Shown: positions 20,888 through 30,631 of the stretch, piece after piece | Position numbering within the stretch: position 1 is the first letter of the stretch | How the letters are laid out: every line of letters starts with the position of its first letter | Notes under the pieces: model-generated | Database searches by the model: none | The model's input: the letters and a program-made list of their open reading frames with translations, nothing else | What the model was told of the DNA's origin: nothing | Position numbers and translations under genes: made by a program | From: an uncultured Acidobacteriota bacterium | GTDB lineage: Bacteria > Acidobacteriota > Thermoanaerobaculia > Multivoradales > SZUA-115 | Reading direction: 5' to 3' | DNA: 64,000 bases | NCBI GenBank assembly: GCA_963805975.1 | Contig: CAWDVR010000003.1 | Span: forward strand, 384,001-448,000

Positions 20888-21038
20888 AAGAATGCCCCCC
20901 GTTCGAGTAACTTGAAAGTATCCGCTCTTAGGCTAGTGCAGGAGCGTCTATTTCGCAACCAAGTGGAGTTTCTGTGAGATCCCCTAGCTACCCACGACGA
21001 GGTAAAGTTGCTCTCTGTCCCTACTCTTGGAGAACCTG

Positions 21039-23282
21039 ATGGCTCGAAGGTCCCTGCTCCTCGCCCTGCCGCTCACTCTCGGTGCTGGCCTGCCCGCCTC
21101 CGCCGCCCTCGAGCCCATGAACCCCGCCCATCTCCCGCTCCTCGCCAAGGTCTCGAGCCCCCACCTGTCGCCGGACGGCCGAGCCGTGGTGTTCAGCTCG
21201 GGGCGCCAGGATCTCGCCTCTGACAGAGAGGTGCAGGAAATCAAGCTGGCCGTGACCAATACCGGCGGAACCTCGACAATCGGGCCGGGCAGCCAGCCCC
21301 GTTTCTCGCCGGACGGCCGGCGGATCGCCTTCGTTTCCGAGAGTGACAGCGGCAAGCCGGCGATCTGGCTCTACGACCTCGAGGCCAAGGAGAGCCGCAA
21401 GCTGGTGGACCTCCATCCGAGCGACCACTTCCTGGGCCACGAGGCGGACGAGGGCTTCGCGTGGTCCCCGCAGGGCGACGCCATCGCGTTTCTGTCCGGC
21501 GAGCCTCCTCCGGCGGAGGGGGAAGGCGAGACGGCGAGCGACGTGAAGGTCATCTCGCGCATCCTCTACAAGACCCGCACCGGCCTCTCGGACGATCGGC
21601 CGACGCACGTCTGGTGGGTGGCGACCGAGGGCGCCGATGCCGGCAAGGCGCGGCTGCTCACTCCGGGCGCGTTCGACGAGCACTCGCTCAGCGTCTCGCC
21701 GGACGGTCGCGAGATCGTCTTCGTGAGCAACCGCTCCGCCGACCCGGACGGTACCTACGTGGACGACCTCTGGGTGGTGGAGGTGGCGACCGGCAAGGTG
21801 CGGCGGCTGACCGACACCGCCGGCACCGAGATGCGGCCGGCGTGGTCGCCGGACGGCTCGCGAATCGCTTACCTCGCCACCCGCCGCAGCGCCAACACCA
21901 AGGACAGCCAGGCGGAGGACCCGCACGTCTTCGCCATGCCGGCCGCCGGCGGCCCGGCCCGCGACCTCTCGGCGCCGCTCGACCGCCGGCCGCAGGCGCT
22001 CCTCTGGCACCCGGACGGCGAGAGCTTGTGGCTGACGATCGACGACCAGGGCCGGCGGCCCGTGCTGCGGCTCCCGGCGCCGCGCACCGCCGGGGCCGCG
22101 GGTTCCGGGGAAGCGGGGAAGGCGCCGGCCGTGCAGCGCTTCACCGAAGGGTTCTTCCAGGCGAGCGAGCTCTCGCTCGACCGTGAAGGCAACACCCTGG
22201 CCTACCTGAAGAGCGAGGTGGCGCGCCCGCCGGAGGTCTTCGTCACCCAGATCCGCTCCCGCCGCACCCACCAGGTCACGCAGGAGAACCGGCCCTTCCT
22301 CCAGCGAGTGGCGGTGCAGGGCGCGGACACCCTCGAAGCGCAGACCGCCGACGGCACCAAAGTCCAGGCGTTTCTGATGAAGCCTGCGGGCTGGCGGTCC
22401 ACGGGCAAGCACCCGCTGGTGCTCTGGGTGCACGGCGGGCCGCACGGCATGGCGGGCTATGGCTTCTCGGAGCGTTTCCAGCTCCTCGCCGGCCGTGGCC
22501 TGGCCGTGCTCGCGGTCAACCCGCGCGGCTCCACCGGCTACGGCCAGGCTTTCGGCGACGCGGCGCTCGCCGATTGGGGTGGCGGCGACTACCAGGACCT
22601 CCTCGCCGCCGTGGACCAGGCGATCCGGGAATACCCGTGGATCGACGGCGAGCGCCTCGGCGTGGCCGGCGGCAGCTACGGCGGCTACATGACGAACTGG
22701 GTCGTCACGCAGACCCGCCGCTTCAAGGCGGCGGCTTCCTTCGCCGGCCTCTCGAACCTGGTGAGCTTCTACGGCACCAGCCTCTACCCGGACCTGATCG
22801 AGGTGGAGTTCGGTGGCAAGCCCTGGGAGGGCGAGAACTTCTACAAACTGTGGCGCCGCTCGCCGCTCGCCTTCGTGGACAAGGTGGAGACCCCGATCCT
22901 CTTCCTGCACGGTGAGAACGACAACGACGTGCCCATCGAGCAGGCGGAGGAGATGTACATGGCGCTCAAGAAGCGCGGCGTCGACACCCTCCTGGTGCGC
23001 TACCCGGGCGAAGGCCATGGTCTCGAGACGCTGCGCCACAGGGCTGACTTCAGCACCCGGCTCCGCGACTGGTTCGGGAAACACCTGGCGGCGGCCGAGC
23101 CGGTGCTGCGGCCGCCGGAGGAGCTCGCGCCGCCGGCTGCCACGCCGCCCCCGGCCGCCACTCCGCCACCGTCGGCCGCGGTGCCCAAGCTGCCCCCGGC
23201 CGTGGACAAGGTCGTGTCCCTGCCGGCCCGAGCACCCGCCAGCGCACCGCCGGTGCTCGAGCGGAAGCCGCCGTCTCACTGA
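21039..23282 (+). CDS. S9 family (prolyl oligopeptidase-like) peptidase with PD40 beta-propeller
   Basis: Signal peptide, SPDG repeats, HGGP, GGSYGGY, HGEND, EGHG; Pro/Ala-rich tail. Confidence 0.93.
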   Translation: MARRSLLLALPLTLGAGLPASAALEPMNPAHLPLLAKVSSPHLSPDGRAVVFSSGRQDLASDREVQEIKLAVTNTGGTSTIGPGSQPRFSPDGRRIAFVSESDSGKPAIWLYDLEAKESRKLVDLHPSDHFLGHEADEGFAWSPQGDAIAFLSGEPPPAEGEGETASDVKVISRILYKTRTGLSDDRPTHVWWVATEGADAGKARLLTPGAFDEHSLSVSPDGREIVFVSNRSADPDGTYVDDLWVVEVATGKVRRLTDTAGTEMRPAWSPDGSRIAYLATRRSANTKDSQAEDPHVFAMPAAGGPARDLSAPLDRRPQALLWHPDGESLWLTIDDQGRRPVLRLPAPRTAGAAGSGEAGKAPAVQRFTEGFFQASELSLDREGNTLAYLKSEVARPPEVFVTQIRSRRTHQVTQENRPFLQRVAVQGADTLEAQTADGTKVQAFLMKPAGWRSTGKHPLVLWVHGGPHGMAGYGFSERFQLLAGRGLAVLAVNPRGSTGYGQAFGDAALADWGGGDYQDLLAAVDQAIREYPWIDGERLGVAGGSYGGYMTNWVVTQTRRFKAAASFAGLSNLVSFYGTSLYPDLIEVEFGGKPWEGENFYKLWRRSPLAFVDKVETPILFLHGENDNDVPIEQAEEMYMALKKRGVDTLLVRYPGEGHGLETLRHRADFSTRLRDWFGKHLAAAEPVLRPPEELAPPAATPPPAATPPPSAAVPKLPPAVDKVVSLPARAPASAPPVLERKPPSH

Positions 23283-23298
23283 CTCGGAGGATTCGACG

Positions 23299-24186
23299 AT
23301 GAGCCTGTCCACTCTGGCCCGCAAGCCCGGCGAGCGGTTCGACCTTGCCGAGATCGATCCCCGCTCGACGCCGGGCATCCGGGGCAAGGCGGCCGCGGAG
23401 CAGGAGAGAGCGCGCCTGCTCGAGCGGCTGACGCTCCTTCAGCAGCGGCTCTACGCCGGGGGCGAGCACGCCTTGCTGGTGGTGCTCCAGGGCATGGACG
23501 CGAGCGGCAAGGACGGCGTCATCCGCCACCTGGGCGGCGCCTTCGGCCCGCAGGGAACCGTGGTCACGGCGTTCAAGGTGCCGACGCCCGAGGAGCTGTC
23601 CCACGACTTCCTGTGGCGGGTTCACCGGGCGGTGCCGGGCAAGGGCAAGATCGGGATCTTCAACCGCTCGCAGTACGAGGACGTGGGCGTGGTGCGGGTC
23701 AAGAACCTGGTGCCCGAGGCGGTGTGGGGCAAGCGCTACGACGCGATCAATCGCTTCGAGCGCCTGTTGGCCGACAACGCGGTCACGATCGTCAAGCTCT
23801 TCCTCCACATCAGCCCCCAGGAGCAGGCCGAGCGCCAGCGCGACCGTCAGCGGGACCCGGAGGAGCGCTGGAAGTTCAATCCCGACGACCTCGGCGACCG
23901 CAAGCTGTGGCCGGAGTTCATGGCGGCGTACGGCGAGGCGCTGACCCGCTGCAACACCGCCTGGGCGCCGTGGCACGTGATCCCCGCCGATCGCAAGTGG
24001 TACCGCAACTGGGCGATCTCCCAGCTTCTGGTCGCGACCCTGGAGGACCTGAAGCTCGACTACCCGCCGGCGCCGGACGACATCGAGAGCCACGAGATCC
24101 CCGAGGTCAAGTGGCCTCCTCGCCGCCGCGCACCCAAGCGGGCACCGGCCGCTTCTCGAAGCGGTCGAGGTCGAGGCAAACGGTGA
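23299..24186 (+). CDS. Polyphosphate kinase 2 family protein (class III-like)
   Basis: LQGMDASGKDG, HDFLWR, FNRSQYEDV, WKF, PADRKWYRN; GGAGG RBS. Confidence 0.93.
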   Translation: MSLSTLARKPGERFDLAEIDPRSTPGIRGKAAAEQERARLLERLTLLQQRLYAGGEHALLVVLQGMDASGKDGVIRHLGGAFGPQGTVVTAFKVPTPEELSHDFLWRVHRAVPGKGKIGIFNRSQYEDVGVVRVKNLVPEAVWGKRYDAINRFERLLADNAVTIVKLFLHISPQEQAERQRDRQRDPEERWKFNPDDLGDRKLWPEFMAAYGEALTRCNTAWAPWHVIPADRKWYRNWAISQLLVATLEDLKLDYPPAPDDIESHEIPEVKWPPRRRAPKRAPAASRSGRGRGKR

Positions 24187-24514
24187 CCACCCGTGCCCCG
24201 GCGACCGGCTCCTCCTCGCCGCGCTTGAAGAAGGTGAAGCGGAAAGTGAGCGACGAGGCGCCGACGCTTTCGATGACGACCTCGATCTCGATCGCGTCGC
24301 CGTAGCGCAGGGGGCGGCGGAAGTCGACCTCGACCCGGACGGCCGGGAAGCCCAGCCGTTCCTCGGCCAGGAGCCGCGGGTACGGCACCCCCAGCGCCCC
24401 GGCGAAGAACTCCTCCATCGCCACGTGGCAGTAGTGCAGATACCGCGGGTAGTAGACGATCCCCGCGGAGTCCACGTCGCCGAAGCACAGGGTGTGGTGC
24501 GAGCGGAAGGGCAC
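24107..24514 (-). CDS. Acyl-CoA thioesterase (4HBT/YbgC hot-dog fold)
   Basis: FGDVDSAGIVYYPRY, DFRRPLRYGD. Confidence 0.9.
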   Translation of the reverse strand: MPFRSHHTLCFGDVDSAGIVYYPRYLHYCHVAMEEFFAGALGVPYPRLLAEERLGFPAVRVEVDFRRPLRYGDAIEIEVVIESVGASSLTFRFTFFKRGEEEPVAGARVVTVCLDLDRFEKRPVPAWVRGGEEAT

Positions 24515-24519
24515 GGAGA

Positions 24520-25428
24520 TCAGCCGTCGAGCCGGCGCCGGCTCTCGATCTCGATTCGTTCACCGCTCACCGGGTCGCGGAAGGCGAGGCACCGGGCGAG
24601 GAGGAGGAGCGGCTTGGCGAAGTCCGGCGGCGCCTCGGGCGCGAGATCAGGGTAGTAGCGATCGCCCTCGATGGGGAAGCCCAGCCCGGCCATGTGCAGC
24701 CGGAGCTGGTGCTTCTTGCCGGTCGCGGGCCGGAGGCGGAAGAGGCCGCGGCCCGCGCGCCACTCGAGGAGCGCGATCTGCGTCCTGGCGTTGGACGGAC
24801 CCGGCTCCTCGCGCATGCGAAACCAGGGCTCACCGGCCACCAGCCGGTTCTCGACCCACCACTCCTCGGCCTCCGGTCGCTCGGCGACCCGCGCCACCGC
24901 GAGGTACTCCTTCTCGACCTCGCCGCGCTCGAACAGGCCCTGGTAGAGGCCGCGGGCCTCCTGTCGCTTGGTGAAGAGCACCAGGCCGGAGGTGTCGCGG
25001 TCCAGGCGATGGGCCGGTGCCAGGGTGGCGCAGCCGTTCGCCTGCTGGAGACGGAAGAGCAGGCACTCGTTGACGTAGGGGCCGGCGGGCACCACGGGAA
25101 GAAACGGCGGCTTGTCGGCGACCAGGAAGTCGTCCGTTTCGAGCAGCACCTCGGCGGTGAACGGCACCGGCGGCTCGGCCTCCACCTCACGGAAGTAGGC
25201 GAGGCAAAGGCCGGGCGGGAGCGGCGTCTCCAAACCCACCGCCTCCCCGTCCGCGGCGCGCACCCGGCCGGCCTCGATGCGCTGGCGCCAGCTCTCTCGC
25301 CCGATCCGTGGAAAGCGGGCGGCGAGGAAGTCGAGGGCACGAGGTGGCGGCGTGCCCGGCGCCCCCGGCACGGTGACGAACGAGGGCCGGGGCGCCCGGC
25401 TCCGTGTCCGGCTCAGGCCGCCGGCCAC
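24520..25428 (-). CDS. RluA-family pseudouridine synthase (start uncertain)
   Basis: ADKPPFLP, HRLDRDTSGL, TGKKHQLRLH, GDRYY. Confidence 0.9.
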   Translation of the reverse strand: MAGGLSRTRSRAPRPSFVTVPGAPGTPPPRALDFLAARFPRIGRESWRQRIEAGRVRAADGEAVGLETPLPPGLCLAYFREVEAEPPVPFTAEVLLETDDFLVADKPPFLPVVPAGPYVNECLLFRLQQANGCATLAPAHRLDRDTSGLVLFTKRQEARGLYQGLFERGEVEKEYLAVARVAERPEAEEWWVENRLVAGEPWFRMREEPGPSNARTQIALLEWRAGRGLFRLRPATGKKHQLRLHMAGLGFPIEGDRYYPDLAPEAPPDFAKPLLLLARCLAFRDPVSGERIEIESRRRLDG

Positions 25429-25979
25429 AGCCAACCGAAGATCCCCGCCATCAGGAGCCCGTACACTATGCCGTCGAAGATCTCCTTCAGGATGCTCGAC
25501 CAGCTCCGGCCGAACCAGATCGCGAAGGTCGGCAGCGCCCCGGCCCAGGCGAGAATGCCGGCCGTGCCCACCACCTGGAAGACCCGCAGGTACTCGGCGC
25601 CGGCGGGCACGGTGCGGCTCGCCAGGTAGGCGACGAGGAGCGAGACGATGCCGCAGTGCAGGAGGTAGAGCACCATGCTCTGGCCCATGTTGGCGCCGCC
25701 GGCCGGGAAGAGCACCAGCATGCCGGCGGGCCCTTCCTTCATCTTGCGCTGGATCTCCGGGTCCTTCATCGACTTGGAGTCTGCGCAATGGGGGAACGTG
25801 AACTGCCCGGGCCGCGAAGCGTTCTGCTGCTTCAGCTGGGCGATGAGGGCGTCCTCGTTGGGCAGCTTCTTCCAGTCGGGACGATGGTGCGGGAGCACCA
25901 TCCAGAACACGAAGCCGGCGAACCACAGGACCACGGCGGAGACGACGATCGGCAACCACAGAGCGGACAAAGAGACCAT
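25413..25979 (-). CDS. Conserved 4-TM membrane protein
   Basis: MVSLSALWLPIVVSAV, WMVLPHH, PGQFTFP; AAGGAGG RBS. Confidence 0.7.
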   Translation of the reverse strand: MVSLSALWLPIVVSAVVLWFAGFVFWMVLPHHRPDWKKLPNEDALIAQLKQQNASRPGQFTFPHCADSKSMKDPEIQRKMKEGPAGMLVLFPAGGANMGQSMVLYLLHCGIVSLLVAYLASRTVPAGAEYLRVFQVVGTAGILAWAGALPTFAIWFGRSWSSILKEIFDGIVYGLLMAGIFGWLWPAA

Positions 25980-26222
25980 GAGTCCCTCCTTCGGGTGGAA
26001 GCTTCCCCGGCGTTGCCGGGAAAGGCCGTTGACCAGGCTTGAGGCTGGCAGGATCCTAGCCCGTTTTCGCCATCGCGTGGCGCCGGTCACGCTCCCGCCT
26101 CCCGCTTCCCGGGTGACGCCGGCGCCACACGGCGCTGCTGGGGGTCTTCCTTTTCACCGGCTGGAGCAAGGTCACGGGGTCGTTGCTATCGTTGCGGGTC
26201 TACCGCAGCCGGATCTGACCCG

Positions 26223-26475
26223 ATGCCACTCTCCGCCGCCGATCTCGACCACCTCCTCGCCGCCGCCCTCGCTGCTGCGCGGCGGGCCGGCGCCATCCAG
26301 CGCCAGTATTTCCGCGCGCCTGGCCTCACGGTGGAGCACAAGGCCGACACCTCGCCGGTGACGGTGGCGGACCGACGGAGCGAGGAGGCGATCCGCGAGA
26401 CGCTCCGCCGCGCCACGCCCGAGCTCGGCCTCTGTGGCGAGGAGCACCCGCCCGAGAGCGACGCGCGCGACCGCT
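26223..26475 (+). pseudogene. Truncated inositol monophosphatase / histidinol-phosphatase (N-terminal third only)
   Basis: KADTSPVTVADRRSEEAIR...GEE present; DPIDGT and the remainder absent. Confidence 0.8.
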
Positions 26476-26784
26476 GTGGTCCGCATCGCGCCCGGTGGGG
26501 TATTTCATGAAGAGATCGGACTTCGAGACCGCCCATGTCTCGGGATTCACCTCCTGGCCGAAGAGGTGGATCTCGGCGCCGCTGTTGAGGACGGGCCGCA
26601 GCAGATCGCCGTTCTTCCTCAAGCCGGCGGTGATGTGCTCCTTGGCGATCATCAGCATGCCGCCGGAGCCGCAGCACGGGTGATACACCGTGAAGACGGC
26701 GCCACGGCGGCGCATGCGCTCATCGGCCCCTGCGAGCATCAGGTCCACCATCAGGTGAACGACGTCACGCAGCGTGAAGTGCTC
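26476..26784 (-). pseudogene. Internal fragment of a type I restriction-modification M subunit (HsdM)
   Basis: EHFTLRDVVHLMV, VYHPCCGSGGML (motif I, normally DP), LFGQEVNPETWAVSKSDL; no own start, no NPPY/F motif. Confidence 0.85.
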
Positions 26785-27761
26785 TCGAGGGCCGCCGTGG
26801 CGAACCGCCGCACGATCTCGCCGGCGGGCTCGATCGCGTGGATGCCTGCGACGCTCTTGCCGGCTTGGAGGTAGTCCCGGTAGGAGAACTTGCGGCGCAG
26901 CGACTTCTTGAGCTTCCAGAAGGATTGCAGCGTGTAGAAGGTGCGCATCCAGTGCTTGGTGCGCCGGCCCTTGAGCAGGAAGCGGCCGAGGGGCCCGGCC
27001 TTGGTGCCCGCCTGCTCGATGTAGGGCGTGCGGATCACGGACACGGGAACGCCGGTCATGCGCTCGGTGAGCACGATGTCCTCCTCGCCGGCGGCGAGGA
27101 TCGCCTGCTTGTAGTCCTCGTGCGCCGAGCACTCGGTGGTGGCGATGAAGCGGGTGCCCATCTGCACGCCGGCATATCCCATCTGGAGCGCGCGGACGAA
27201 GTCCTCCTCGGTGCCGATGCCGCCGGCGCACACCACCGGCACGCCCAGGGGCTCGAGCTCCGCCAGCAGGACCTCGGCGCTCCGCGGCCCGGCGTGGCCC
27301 CCGGCGCGGTTGTTGACGGCGATCAGGCCGTCCGCGCCCTCGACCAGGCCCTTCTCCGCCCACTTGCGCTCGGTGACGTCGTGGAACACCAGGCCGCCTG
27401 CGGCGTGGGCCTTCTCGACCACCCAGCGCGGGTTGCCGAGCGAGGTGATGAAGAAGCGCACGCCCTCCTCGATCGCCAGGTCCACGTAGTGCTGCATGCG
27501 CTCCTGGTAGACCTTGGACGACTTCTCGACGATCACGTTCATGCCCACCGGCTTCGAAGTACGGCGGCGGATCTCGGCCATGCCCTCCTTGAAGTCCCAG
27601 CCGTGCACGTAGACCAGCGACAGGGGTTGCACCACGCCGATCCCCCCGGCTTCGGACGCGGCGGCCACCAGTTCGGGGTTCGAGGCCGGGTACATGGGGC
27701 CGCAGATGAGCGGCACCTCGATGCCGAGCTTCTCGGTCAGGGGTGTCTCTAGGAGCGACAT
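26751..27761 (-). CDS. Nitronate monooxygenase / FabK-like flavoenzyme
   Basis: PLICGPM, AGGHAG, VCAGGIG, GVQMGTRFIAT.E. Confidence 0.9.
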   Translation of the reverse strand: MSLLETPLTEKLGIEVPLICGPMYPASNPELVAAASEAGGIGVVQPLSLVYVHGWDFKEGMAEIRRRTSKPVGMNVIVEKSSKVYQERMQHYVDLAIEEGVRFFITSLGNPRWVVEKAHAAGGLVFHDVTERKWAEKGLVEGADGLIAVNNRAGGHAGPRSAEVLLAELEPLGVPVVCAGGIGTEEDFVRALQMGYAGVQMGTRFIATTECSAHEDYKQAILAAGEEDIVLTERMTGVPVSVIRTPYIEQAGTKAGPLGRFLLKGRRTKHWMRTFYTLQSFWKLKKSLRRKFSYRDYLQAGKSVAGIHAIEPAGEIVRRFATAALESTSRCVTSFT

Positions 27762-27831
27762 GAAGGAGGGCAGAGCTCGCGGACGGTGGCTCATTCTATG
27801 CCACCCGGGAACTGATACCCTGCCTGCCCGC

Positions 27832-28890
27832 ATGCTCCCGCAAGGCCGATCCCGCTGGCTCGTCCTCCTACCCGGCCTCGGTGCCGCGCTCGCCGTGGCG
27901 CTCGCCGCGCGCCTCGTCCACGGCCTGCTGCCGGCGGCGCTCGCCGCACCGCTGGGCGAGGTGGTGCTGGCGGTGCTCCTGGGGCTCGTCGCGGGCAACC
28001 TGCTGCCGCTGCCGGCCGCGCTCGAGCCCGGCCTGCGCTTCGGATTCGGCACGGTGCTGCGCCTGGCCATCGTGCTCCTGGGGGCGCGGCTCTCGTTCCT
28101 CACCGTGGTGGCGATCGGCGGCAAGGCGCTCGCGATGATCGCCGTGCTGATGACCCTGGCGCTGGTACTGGCGCACCACGTGGGGCGCCTCCTGGGGGTG
28201 GCGCCCAGGCTGGCCGCGCTGATCGGCGTCGGCACGGCGGTGTGCGGCAACACGGCGATCTCCGCCACCGCGCCGGTGATCGAGGCGCGGGACGAGGAGG
28301 TGTCCTTCGCCATCGCCACCAACACGCTCCTGGGCACGCTGGCGGTGTTCTGCTATCCGCTCCTGGGCCGCGCCCTGGGCTTCTCGGATGCGGCCTACGG
28401 CACCTGGGCGGGCCTGGCGGTCAACGACACCTCGCAGGTGGTGGCGGCGGGCTTCGCCTTCAGCACGGCGGCGGGGGAGGTGGCGACCGCGGTGAAGCTC
28501 ACCCGCAACGCCCTGATGGGAGTCGTGATCGTGCTCATGGGCTTCCTCTACGGGCCACGCGAGGGCGCCGGCCCTGCTGTGAGCTTCGGCGCGCGGCTCC
28601 GCCAGTCCGTGCCAGTCTTCGTCTACGGCTTCCTGGGCATGGCCCTGCTGAATACGCTGGGAGCATTCGACGCCGCCTCGACGGTGCTCCGCTTCGACCT
28701 CTCGGCCGCGCTCGCGGCGTGCGCCCGGTTCCTGATCCTGGTCGCGCTGGCCGCAGTGGGGCTCGCCACCCGCCTCGCCGCCCTGCGGCGGACCGGCGTC
28801 CGGCCCTTCTACCTGGGCTTGATGGTGGCCGCCGCCACCTCGGCCACGAGCCTGCTGCTGATCCGCTGGCTCGGCCCGGCGGGCGGGTAG
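27832..28890 (+). CDS. YeiH / putative sulfate exporter family membrane protein
   Basis: LRLAIVLLG, GTAVCGNTAI, AVNDTSQV, VKLTRN. Confidence 0.9.
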   Translation: MLPQGRSRWLVLLPGLGAALAVALAARLVHGLLPAALAAPLGEVVLAVLLGLVAGNLLPLPAALEPGLRFGFGTVLRLAIVLLGARLSFLTVVAIGGKALAMIAVLMTLALVLAHHVGRLLGVAPRLAALIGVGTAVCGNTAISATAPVIEARDEEVSFAIATNTLLGTLAVFCYPLLGRALGFSDAAYGTWAGLAVNDTSQVVAAGFAFSTAAGEVATAVKLTRNALMGVVIVLMGFLYGPREGAGPAVSFGARLRQSVPVFVYGFLGMALLNTLGAFDAASTVLRFDLSAALAACARFLILVALAAVGLATRLAALRRTGVRPFYLGLMVAAATSATSLLLIRWLGPAGG

Positions 28891-28896
28891 AAGGCG

Positions 28897-28956
28897 CTAC
28901 GGCACCACGCTCGTCCACGCCGAGGTGTCCCCGCTCTCGAAGCCGTCGGTGAAGAT
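28897..28956 (-). other. C-terminal F-x-DGFE-x-G motif, copy 3
   Basis: Encodes IFTDGFESGDTSAWTSVVP-stop. Confidence 0.8.
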
Positions 28957-29631
28957 CCCGAGACCGGTTGCGATGGCGAGGTTGTCCAGGCGCACGTCGT
29001 GGTCGGTGAAGCCGAAGACGAAGCCGGGCTCGAGGGTGGTGTAGGCCACCTCGTCGATGCCGGCGAGGACGCTCGCGAAGGTGCGGTCCGGCGGCAGGAT
29101 CGGGTTGGCGCCCGCATCCTCGGCGCCGTAGCCGCGCCAGCCGGGCGGCAGGGCCGCGGCCCCGGTGTCGAAGATGGTGACCGACAGCCGGGTCCAGGTG
29201 CCGTGCTCGGCCGCCGAGACGTCGCCGAACTTGTACCAGACGGAGGTCCAGGGAAAGCCCTCTTCGGGGTCGTCGTAGTCGCGCAGCTCGATCAGCCAGG
29301 GGCGTGACACGGGCGAGCCGAAGAAGCTGATCGCGTCCACCTTCAGGTCGTGCGCGAGCCGCACCGAGCCGACCGTGGTGTAGTCGAAGACGAAGGCGGC
29401 GTTGGTGTCGTTCGCGAAGGTGATGCCGAAGTCGTTGAACACGGTGTGGAGGTTGGCGCCGGGATTGCCGCCGGCCGGGTCGATGACCGTCGTGCCGCCC
29501 CCACCCTGCGGCCCCTGCCAGCCCTCCGGGCCGCTGTCGAAGGGGACGGTCGAGTCCGCGACGGCCGTGCCGGCCGGCAGACAGGCGAGGGCGAGAGCGA
29601 GGCCGATCGAAGTGGCGAGATCCCTCTTCAT
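28897..29631 (-). CDS. Secreted hypothetical protein (beta-sandwich-like) with C-terminal DGFE motif
   Basis: Signal peptide, FDSGPEGW, GGNPG, LDN; ends IFTDGFESGDTSAWTSVVP. Confidence 0.8.
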   Translation of the reverse strand: MKRDLATSIGLALALACLPAGTAVADSTVPFDSGPEGWQGPQGGGGTTVIDPAGGNPGANLHTVFNDFGITFANDTNAAFVFDYTTVGSVRLAHDLKVDAISFFGSPVSRPWLIELRDYDDPEEGFPWTSVWYKFGDVSAAEHGTWTRLSVTIFDTGAAALPPGWRGYGAEDAGANPILPPDRTFASVLAGIDEVAYTTLEPGFVFGFTDHDVRLDNLAIATGLGIFTDGFESGDTSAWTSVVP

Positions 29632-29643
29632 GCCAGACCGCTC

Positions 29644-30576
29644 CTACAGGCGAGTCTCGTTTCCCGAGTCGATGTCGGCGGAGTCGGTATCGTAGTTGAA
29701 CTTGATCATCTTCTTGCGCTTGGTTCGGAGATCATCCAGGAGCTTTTTGCGCTCGTTCTGTGGCAGCTCTGTCAGGTCGACTTCCGTCTTGGTGGGGTAT
29801 TCCAGGGCCGACCCGGCGTAGGCCCTCTTGAGTGCAGCGTGGTCCTTTTTCTGCTTCTTATCCAGAATATTTATCCTCTTATTATCGCTAGAATCAACGT
29901 ACTTGTCCTTGGCGGCCCGATAGTTGGCCCCGGCCTTCATGTTGGAAGTGCCCTGGCTCCAGTACATCGGCGTCTTTTGGGCCTCTGCATCGATTTTGCT
30001 CGCGAAAGCGTCCTCGACCTCGAGCATCGTGGACCCGCACCCCAGATGCTTGGCCATTTGATCGATCGTTTGGCCCACGTACCGCTTCTCCCAGTCGCCC
30101 ACGTGGACATCCCAGCCAAGCATGTGGCTGCGGTGGGAGCCCTTGCCCTCCGTACCCAGGATGCTCTTGGGGCCGGGATAGGTGCGCTCGAAGACCCGAA
30201 CCCGTGTGATGGTCAAGTCCTTTACGTCCGTGATCGTTCCGGTTATGGCGACGGACACCTTCGCCTGAACGGTGGCCCCCAGCGGCAGCGGGGGGTGCGG
30301 AGGGAAAGGAGGCACCCCGGGCCGGGCGTGAGGAGGCATTGCCGACCGGGCGTGAGGCACCGGCGGCTGGGCGTGTGGTGGGGGCGCCGGCGCGGCGGCG
30401 GCGGGGCACCGGGCCACCACCGGGGCCGGCCTGGCGAGCGCCTGGGCCACGTGGGGCGCCAAGGGCCGCCTGAAACCGGCGGTGGCGCTTGGTTGCATGG
30501 TCTGGGGAGCCGGCCGCCCGCGGCCCGCCTGGAGAGCGACCGCTAGATGAGGTGCGAGGCGACGCTGTGAGCCCAT
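29644..30576 (-). CDS. Hypothetical protein: Pro/His-rich leader plus Lys-rich, possibly nuclease-like domain
   Basis: AAGGAGG RBS; LAPH repeats, TVQAK, then AT-richer DNA encoding HRSHMLG...TSN. Confidence 0.7.
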   Translation of the reverse strand: MGSQRRLAPHLAVALQAGRGRPAPQTMQPSATAGFRRPLAPHVAQALARPAPVVARCPAAAAPAPPPHAQPPVPHARSAMPPHARPGVPPFPPHPPLPLGATVQAKVSVAITGTITDVKDLTITRVRVFERTYPGPKSILGTEGKGSHRSHMLGWDVHVGDWEKRYVGQTIDQMAKHLGCGSTMLEVEDAFASKIDAEAQKTPMYWSQGTSNMKAGANYRAAKDKYVDSSDNKRINILDKKQKKDHAALKRAYAGSALEYPTKTEVDLTELPQNERKKLLDDLRTKRKKMIKFNYDTDSADIDSGNETRL

Positions 30577-30631
30577 GGTCCGGCCTCCTTCTGCCGCGGC
30601 GGATAGGGCCTCGGTTCGGGGCCGACCCTGC

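Noticed and set aside
24107-24186. 80-nt convergent overlap of the PPK2 and thioesterase genes
   Set aside because: The PPK2 tail is low-complexity; stop-codon drift in high-GC DNA explains it.
26077-26128. Imperfect hairpin GTGGCGCCGG...CCGGCGCCAC
   Set aside because: Single copy and GC-only; no similarity to the other repeat families or to a riboswitch I recognise.
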